This document shows positions 58,380 to 64,000 of a stretch of 64,000 nucleotides of DNA, piece by piece. The position numbers were made by a program, and so were the translations under genes. Each line of letters opens with the position of its first letter. The stretch's first letter is position 1. The notes beneath the pieces are model-generated. The model made no database searches, was not told the DNA's origin, and saw nothing but the letters and a program-made list of their open reading frames with translations. Source of the DNA: Woeseiaceae bacterium (GTDB taxonomy: Bacteria; Pseudomonadota; Gammaproteobacteria; Steroidobacterales; Woeseiaceae); NCBI GenBank assembly GCA_049666725.1, contig JBATHK010000022.1, positions 12,947 through 76,946 of the forward strand, in the 5' to 3' direction.

Positions 58380-59066
58380 TTAGTCACCTTTTACGAACTG
58401 CGACGGAGTTTTGTCGATCTTGGGCAGCAAAACGAACACGAGAATCGCGGTCGCGACAACCATATACAGCGGGCCGAACAGCCAGAATATCAGCGGCACA
58501 AGATAATAATAGGCGCGCACACCGAGACTGAAGTACCTGCTCCCGCGATTTAACTGGCTCGCAACCATGTGGTGAGAGAAATGTGTTCTGCCCGGCGCTT
58601 GTTGGATCGAAATCATGTAGCCCACATGATTGGTTACGCGAATCGAATTTATAAAGTTGAAAAACGCATAGAAGAGCAACAACAGGATGCACAGCAGTTT
58701 GGTCAGCCAGAGCGCCGGACCCAGCGTCCCGAACACGTTGAGAAAGTGCCAGGCTTCTTGAAGGGATTTGGCCTGACCGGTCAATGTCAAAACTCCAACC
58801 ATTAACAGTATCGCCGTCGACGCCAGAAATGATGATGCCATGCTGGTGTTCCGCAGGGTCTGCACTGCAAGCAGCGCATCGCCATGGTCGCCCATTACCG
58901 TCTCTACCCAGGCCGTGCGCGCGAGTGTCGCAGCTGTCGAGAAAACAGCGGCGGAATTGCGCCGCGCGAGTCTTCGCAGGTACATCTGGTAACCCGCTAT
59001 CATAGCGACAACGAGCAGCGCCGCTATGAGATCGTTTGCGTATTCTGTGAAATTAGTGGCGTTCAT
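58380..59066 (-). CDS. DUF599 family membrane protein
   Basis: 228 aa with several TM helices. AVQTLRNTSMASSFLASTAILL matches my recollection of DUF599. Confidence 0.72.
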   Translation of the reverse strand: MNATNFTEYANDLIAALLVVAMIAGYQMYLRRLARRNSAAVFSTAATLARTAWVETVMGDHGDALLAVQTLRNTSMASSFLASTAILLMVGVLTLTGQAKSLQEAWHFLNVFGTLGPALWLTKLLCILLLLFYAFFNFINSIRVTNHVGYMISIQQAPGRTHFSHHMVASQLNRGSRYFSLGVRAYYYLVPLIFWLFGPLYMVVATAILVFVLLPKIDKTPSQFVKGD

Positions 59067-59331
59067 GCGGATCTTCCTGGCGGTTTGGTCCTAGCCGCCT
59101 ACGGCTCGTGTAGATGTTGGTCCTGCGCTACTTTCCGAAACGGCCTGCATCACAGCCTTGTGCGCCGTCCTCACAACGACAATTTCGACGATCAATGTCA
59201 CGGCGAGGCCGGCAAGTAACGCTATTCTACATCACGATGACAGCCTTACAGACCTAACCCCCGGGGCGCTGAGGATGAACAGTCCACGATATCGTCAGCG
59301 ATGAGTTTCGGCGGTCACCACCCAATGAAAT

Positions 59332-59359
59332 AGCCCCGCGTTGAGCGGGGCTTTTATTA
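59332..59359. terminator. GC-rich hairpin flanked by A/T tracts (bidirectional intrinsic terminator candidate)
   Basis: AGCCCCGC-GTTGA-GCGGGGCT followed by TTTATTA on the plus strand. On the minus strand the same stem is followed by ATTTCATT and lies 19 nt downstream of the EF-hand gene stop. Confidence 0.6.
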
Positions 59360-59377
59360 CTTCATGTATCGATCGGA

Positions 59378-59872
59378 TCAGTCGTCCTTGCTCTGACGTT
59401 CTGCGCGGCGCTCTGCCGATCGAGCCTTCATCATGGCATGCATTTCGGTCGGATCGAGTTCACCACTTCCATCGGAATCCGCGGCCTGGAAGGTATCGGC
59501 GTCCGGGCTGAAGGGCTTGCCGTCCAGCTCCACCAGCGACACGCCGCCACTGTCGTCAGCATCGAGTCGTTTGAACATCTCTGCGGGGTTTCTCTTCCCC
59601 TGGCGTCGATCGCCATCACGCTTTTTGTCGCGATCGCCCCGACGGGCTTTCTTTGCGGCTTTCATCTCTTCCTCAGAGAGCAGACCGTCAGCATTGGCGT
59701 CCATGCGGACGAACTGCTCTTCAATCCGGGCGCTGTGCGCTGACTTGAACTCATCAAGTGATACAAAGCCGTCACCACTTGCATCAGCGTCTTTCATTCC
59801 TTTTTCGGCGTACACTGCCGTCGCGCCAAGTGTTGCCAGGGCGAATATTGCGAAAACTGTCTTGGTTCTCAT
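59378..59872 (-). CDS. periplasmic EF-hand calcium-binding protein
   Basis: Start set at ATG 59872 (AGGAGA 7 nt upstream), giving a signal peptide MRTKTVFAIFALATLGATAVYA. Four EF-hand loops: DASGDGFVSLDE, DANADGLLSEEE, DADDSGGVSLVE and DSDGSGELDPTE. Confidence 0.8.
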   Translation of the reverse strand: MRTKTVFAIFALATLGATAVYAEKGMKDADASGDGFVSLDEFKSAHSARIEEQFVRMDANADGLLSEEEMKAAKKARRGDRDKKRDGDRRQGKRNPAEMFKRLDADDSGGVSLVELDGKPFSPDADTFQAADSDGSGELDPTEMHAMMKARSAERRAERQSKDD

Positions 59873-60064
59873 GTGTGTGTCTCCTGTCGAAACCAAATTG
59901 CGTACTAACTGAGATGAGATACTGCCAGAGTCGTTCGCAGAGAAGTCTTAAGTTTGCTCAAGTAGCCTCGTTTTCGCGCCGAACTCAATAAATCTTAAGG
60001 TTCAGGCTCGACTGGAGGGCTTTTCGGGCAAGATCGAAAGGCCACGCTTGTATAAGATGAGTCC

Positions 60065-60760
60065 ATGGGCCAGGCAAAGAAGATCTTACTCGTTGACGAC
60101 GACCGCGCGTTGACCGAGATGCTGTCCGAACTGCTGCAGACGGAGGGTTACGAATGTTCTGCTGCCGCTAGTGGATCCGAGGGGCTCTTAAAGGAGCGCG
60201 AAGAAAAACCGGACCTGGTTATCCTCGACGTCATGATGCCCCGCGACGACGGTATTTCGACTCTCCGCAAGCTTCGCGAGACCTCGGAGGTGGCAGTGCT
60301 AATGCTGACCGCTATGGGTGAGGATGACGACCGTGTGCTCGGCCTGGAAGCCGGCGCCGACGATTACCTTGCCAAGCCCTTTGTCGCCCGTGAGCTCGTG
60401 CTGCGCATCCAGGCAATCCTCCGCCGGCTGACCCAGGCAAAACCTGTTGAAGCGGGATCGACAATTCAAGCCGGCCCGCTAACGATCGAGCCGTCAAAAG
60501 AGCGCGCTCAGCTGGACGGAGCCATCTTGCCGCTTACCGGCGCGGAGCTGCGCATACTCGAATCGCTGGCATCGACCCCGGGTGAAATTGTCAGTCGCGA
60601 AGAACTGACACGAATCGCGCTGGGACGCGAGTTGAGCCCCTACGATCGAGCGCTGGATACACACGTCAGTCACCTGCGGAACAAACTTGGCAAAGCAGGC
60701 GATTCGCCTGTCGCTATTCGCAGTGTCCGCGGCGCCGGTTATCGCCTGGTGATCGATTAG
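60065..60760 (+). CDS. OmpR-family response regulator, CpxR-like
   Basis: KILLVDDDRALTEML, LVILDVMMP, VLGLEAGADDYLAKPF.ARELVLRIQAILRR and a winged-helix C-terminus; strongly reminiscent of E. coli CpxR. Confidence 0.9.
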   Translation: MGQAKKILLVDDDRALTEMLSELLQTEGYECSAAASGSEGLLKEREEKPDLVILDVMMPRDDGISTLRKLRETSEVAVLMLTAMGEDDDRVLGLEAGADDYLAKPFVARELVLRIQAILRRLTQAKPVEAGSTIQAGPLTIEPSKERAQLDGAILPLTGAELRILESLASTPGEIVSREELTRIALGRELSPYDRALDTHVSHLRNKLGKAGDSPVAIRSVRGAGYRLVID

Positions 60761-60761
60761 C

Positions 60762-62114
60762 ATGCGCTCACTGTTCTGGAAACTGTTCGGCGCGTTCTGG
60801 CTGACAACATTGGTCATCCTCGCGGTTAGCATCTTTGTCAGCTTCAGGATTGCAGATGAACAGTCTCCCTACTCGTTCGCCGATCCACGCGAGATCGATG
60901 AACAGCTGCAAGCCATTCTGCAGCTCGAGGGTATCGAGGGACTTGAAGAACATATTGCCAATCCTGACAATTTCCCGCCCGGGCAAACCGTCTATTTGAT
61001 CGACAGCAACGGTAGAGACCTGCTTGGTCGCACGCTTCCCGAGCGCGTGCACAATCGTGCCAGACGTATCTGGTCCTCGATCTCGGAGCGTAAACGCGAC
61101 CGGCGCGATTCGGATCGACGGTCACGATGGTTGCGTCAATCCTTGCTGGTCACCGCCGAAGGCCAAATGCTGCTGGCCATGCCCGGACCCGCGCCGCGGG
61201 AGCGATTCGGATTTCTCCTCGCCGGTAGCGGCCGCTGGGCGGTGCTCGGGCTGGCCGCTGCGATCAGCTTGCTGAGTTTCTGGCTGCTGAGCCGCTCTCT
61301 CGCGCGTCCCGTAGCACGTATTTCGGAGACCGCCGCCCGGTTAGCGGCGGGCGACATGCGTTCGCGAGTTGGTGAGACTGCCTATACGCGTGACGAGATC
61401 GGCCGGCTCGCCGCACAGTTCGATCGCATGGCGGCAGAGCTCGACCAGCAGTCGCGAACGCGCCTTGAGATGTTCCGCAACATCGCACACGAGCTGCGCG
61501 CGCCGCTGACGCGTCTGCAGATTGCTACCGAACTTCTGGAGCGAAAGCCCGGCAGTTCGCCGCAGCAGCTAAAACGCATTCGATACGAAATCGAACGCGT
61601 CGAAGCGCTTGCTTCCCAGGTGCTGGCGTTAGCTCGTGCGGAGCAATTGCCGGATTCGGAAGAATTGACTTCGCTCAATGGGGTCGTCAAACAAGTCATC
61701 GCTGATGCCGGATTTGAGGCAGGTGCGCGCAATGTCCGGGTCGAGTGTCCGGATCCCGACACCGATATAATGGTCAAGGGCAACCCCGATGTTGTTTCCA
61801 GCGCCATCGAAAACGTCGTTCGCAATGCGATTCAGCACACACCTTCCGGCGGCGAGGTGATGGTAACCACTAGTGACGGCCCGCCCGGTACCGTTACGAT
61901 TACCGACGGCGGGCCCGGCGTTCTCGCCAAGGATTTGGATAAGATTTTTGAACCTTTCTTTCGCATCGACACAAACCGGCCGGGCGCCGGGATTGGCCTG
62001 GCAATAACGAAGCGCGTACTACAACAATTGGGTGGGACACTGAACGCAGTCAATCGACAGGGTGGCGGTCTTCGAATTACGATGCGCTTTCCCTTGTCCA
62101 AGAGAACACCGTAG
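60762..62114 (+). CDS. sensor histidine kinase, CpxA-like (periplasmic domain, HAMP, HisKA, HATPase_c)
   Basis: Two TM segments flank a periplasmic domain. HAMP is followed by the H-box FRNIAHELRAPLTRLQ, the N box ENVVRNAIQHT and G boxes DGGPGV / GAGIGLAI. Confidence 0.9.
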   Translation: MRSLFWKLFGAFWLTTLVILAVSIFVSFRIADEQSPYSFADPREIDEQLQAILQLEGIEGLEEHIANPDNFPPGQTVYLIDSNGRDLLGRTLPERVHNRARRIWSSISERKRDRRDSDRRSRWLRQSLLVTAEGQMLLAMPGPAPRERFGFLLAGSGRWAVLGLAAAISLLSFWLLSRSLARPVARISETAARLAAGDMRSRVGETAYTRDEIGRLAAQFDRMAAELDQQSRTRLEMFRNIAHELRAPLTRLQIATELLERKPGSSPQQLKRIRYEIERVEALASQVLALARAEQLPDSEELTSLNGVVKQVIADAGFEAGARNVRVECPDPDTDIMVKGNPDVVSSAIENVVRNAIQHTPSGGEVMVTTSDGPPGTVTITDGGPGVLAKDLDKIFEPFFRIDTNRPGAGIGLAITKRVLQQLGGTLNAVNRQGGGLRITMRFPLSKRTP

Positions 62115-62164
62115 GATCCCGCGACGTCGCCAAGACTATACTCAAGCTTCAACGTCAAATGGTG

Positions 62165-63067
62165 TCAGGCGACCGGCGGCGGTGCTTCCGGATCTTTCTT
62201 GCGCTGTTTGCGCCACAGCCACGTATGCGTCGTCTGGACAACTCTTTTTTCTACTTCGTAGCTGATCGAGACCATCCATGGCTTGTATTCGGGATCGAGC
62301 GCGGTGATTTCGGCGAGCAGCTCCTGGAGAAATGTTGTCTCTATGGGCTGCTGGCGGCTCGGCCAGATACGAAATTTGACTCTGAGTATCTCTTTTCCGG
62401 CGTCGAGGCTGATGCGGCCCTCGCTCGAAGGTGGAATCAAGTTTATCCGCGGAAACTGCTGCTGCAAAAGGTTCATCTGGCGCAGTGCAACTGCTTCGAT
62501 TGCAATGCGCCGCTCTTCGTCGCCGCGAAGCGTCACGTCAACAATGCAGCGAATGTAGCCACGCGGATAATTGGTAACGTTACTGATCGTCCTGTTCGGT
62601 ATAAACACGACCGCGCCCATTGCGTCCTCGAGTTCAACGAATCGCATGGTAATCGCCTTGACCATGCCTGTCTGACCCGAAACCTGAACGAGGTCGCCAA
62701 CATCAATTAGATCGGAGAATATAAACGTCAGTCCCGTTACGACGTCCTGCACAATGCCCTGCGAGCCGAAACCAATTGCAAGGCCAACGACTGATGCGCT
62801 TGCAAGGTATGCCTTGAGCGAAACGCCGAATTCTCGCAGGATCAGTCCAATTGCAAGGAAATACAGCGTGAACACGACGGCACTTGTCAAAAGGGTCGCA
62901 ATAGAACGCAGTTTCTGATGGCGCTTTACCTGCCGGCTCACAGCCGCGGTGCTGGCCAGCTGCCGAACCAGAATGACACCGAGATGGGTCACGATAGCAA
63001 GACCGGCAAAGGCGGCGAGTCGCCAGGGCAGTTTCGCGCTGTTGATGGTTGTTAGCAGATCTTCCAA
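62165..63067 (-). CDS. mechanosensitive ion channel family protein (MscS-type)
   Basis: 300 aa with three N-terminal TM helices, then GSQGIVQDVVTGLTFIFSDLIDVGDLVQVSGQTGMVKAITMRFVELED. Confidence 0.85.
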   Translation of the reverse strand: MEDLLTTINSAKLPWRLAAFAGLAIVTHLGVILVRQLASTAAVSRQVKRHQKLRSIATLLTSAVVFTLYFLAIGLILREFGVSLKAYLASASVVGLAIGFGSQGIVQDVVTGLTFIFSDLIDVGDLVQVSGQTGMVKAITMRFVELEDAMGAVVFIPNRTISNVTNYPRGYIRCIVDVTLRGDEERRIAIEAVALRQMNLLQQQFPRINLIPPSSEGRISLDAGKEILRVKFRIWPSRQQPIETTFLQELLAEITALDPEYKPWMVSISYEVEKRVVQTTHTWLWRKQRKKDPEAPPPVA

Positions 63068-63136
63068 TCCGGAATCCTCCCTATGCGGGTGCTACTATCG
63101 TAGTCTGCGAGTTTTCGTCATTCCAGGGCAACGACT

Positions 63137-64000
63137 TTGAGCAGTGTCTTAGTATACCTGCTGACCCTTGCGCACATCGCGCTTGCGTCCTGGAGCATCT
63201 ATCACATTTTGCTTTACAAAAGGGATTCCAGGGCCGCCATGGGTTGGATTATGGCGTGCCTGTTTATTCCTTACGGTGGGCCGATCGCCTACTTCATTTT
63301 TGGTATCAACCGGGTCAGGACGCGTGCGCGCGGAATGCGGCGGTCGCTGCTGGCAGTCGACTATGAGTCGAGCCAGACTCTCACTATACCTTCATCTGCG
63401 ATTGGCAAGGGCCTGGATACCGTGGGGCAACGCATAACCGGGCGAGCTCTTTCGAACGGTAATGCCTTTGACGTGTATCACAATGGTGAGCAAGCTTATC
63501 CAGCGATGCTTGCCTCAATAGAGGAAGCCAGACAACAGGTCCTGCTGGCTACTTACATTCTGAAAACCGATCGAACCGGTGAGTTGTTTCTGGACGCACT
63601 GAGCGCCGCCGCCGCGCGTGGCGTCGAGGTAATGGTTCTCATCGACGGCGTTGGCGAAATGTACTCATGGAAGAAGCCCTCAAAGCTTTTGAAGCGTCGC
63701 GGCGTTAACGTGGGTCGCTTTCTCCCACCGCGACTGATTCCGCCGAGTATTTACGTCAACTTAAGAAATCATCGCAAACTGCTGGTCGTGGATAACGACA
63801 TCGCTTACGCGGGTGGCATGAACATCAGTGACGACCACACCACCGTGCCTGGTAAACCGCGAAGAGTTACCGATGTCCACTTCAGCCTGCGTGGACCGGT
63901 CGTTGCTGAACTTGCCGCCGTGTTCCACGACGACTGGCTGTTCGCGACCGGGCAGACGATCAAAGCGGATGAGCCCCAGGTACCATTATCGGACGGTACT
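63137..64000 (+). CDS. cardiolipin synthase / phospholipase D family protein, N-terminal part; the 3' end lies outside the window
   Basis: Not in the ORF track because there is no stop before the window end. Hand translation of the frame open from 63104 gives ...LLTLAHIALASWSIYHILLYKRDSRAAMGWIMACLFIPYGGPIAYFIFGINR... then the HKD motif HRKLLVVDNDIAYAGGMNISDDH. Start tentatively TTG 63137; ATG 63239 is the alternative. Confidence 0.85.
   Translation, partial: MSSVLVYLLTLAHIALASWSIYHILLYKRDSRAAMGWIMACLFIPYGGPIAYFIFGINRVRTRARGMRRSLLAVDYESSQTLTIPSSAIGKGLDTVGQRITGRALSNGNAFDVYHNGEQAYPAMLASIEEARQQVLLATYILKTDRTGELFLDALSAAAARGVEVMVLIDGVGEMYSWKKPSKLLKRRGVNVGRFLPPRLIPPSIYVNLRNHRKLLVVDNDIAYAGGMNISDDHTTVPGKPRRVTDVHFSLRGPVVAELAAVFHDDWLFATGQTIKADEPQVPLSDGT

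Noticed and set aside
59872-59880. (TG)4-5 dinucleotide run between the Shine-Dalgarno and the start of the EF-hand gene, as a phase-variation tract
   Set aside because: Only 4-5 units, which is too short for efficient slipped-strand mispairing.

Overview
GC-rich, densely coding chromosomal segment of about 60 genes. Gene content looks gammaproteobacterial (TamAB, RimK, Nei, GlpT/GlpQ, HtpX, a CpxRA-like pair, NhaD); this taxonomic guess is low confidence. I recognised no rRNA, tRNA, CRISPR array, transposase, integrase or phage genes. Much of the window is housekeeping and ion homeostasis: four MscS-type channels, two full-length MgtE plus a stand-alone MgtE sensor module, CorA, a CNNM/CorC-type protein, NhaD, CaCA, an NSS transporter and a MacAB-like efflux pump. 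Three regions stand out. (1) 31.6-42.5 kb is a tightly coupled island with five ATP-grasp-type ligases (three collinear paralogues, one RimK/GshB-like, one PGM1-like peptide ligase), an S51 (cyanophycinase/PepE)-like peptidase, two esterase-fold proteins and an embedded glgA. I cannot assign it to any characterised pathway, and it is my best candidate for an undescribed system. (2) 20.5-29.1 kb is a putative light/photo-oxidative-stress regulon. It contains a MerR (LitR/CarH-like) regulator without the B12 histidine motif, 11-bp phased TAGACA repeats, an FeS-BCP/CryB-type photolyase, an apparently circularly permuted photolyase-family protein, a HiPIP with a terminator in its leader, and an unlisted 43-codon membrane ORF. 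(3) 45.2-49.5 kb is a four-gene overlapping operon joining a Tlc-like MFS carrier, an MscS-like channel, a soluble MgtE_N+CBS protein and MgtE. All calls come from by-eye motif recognition in the supplied translations and sequence. No database searches or computations were run.
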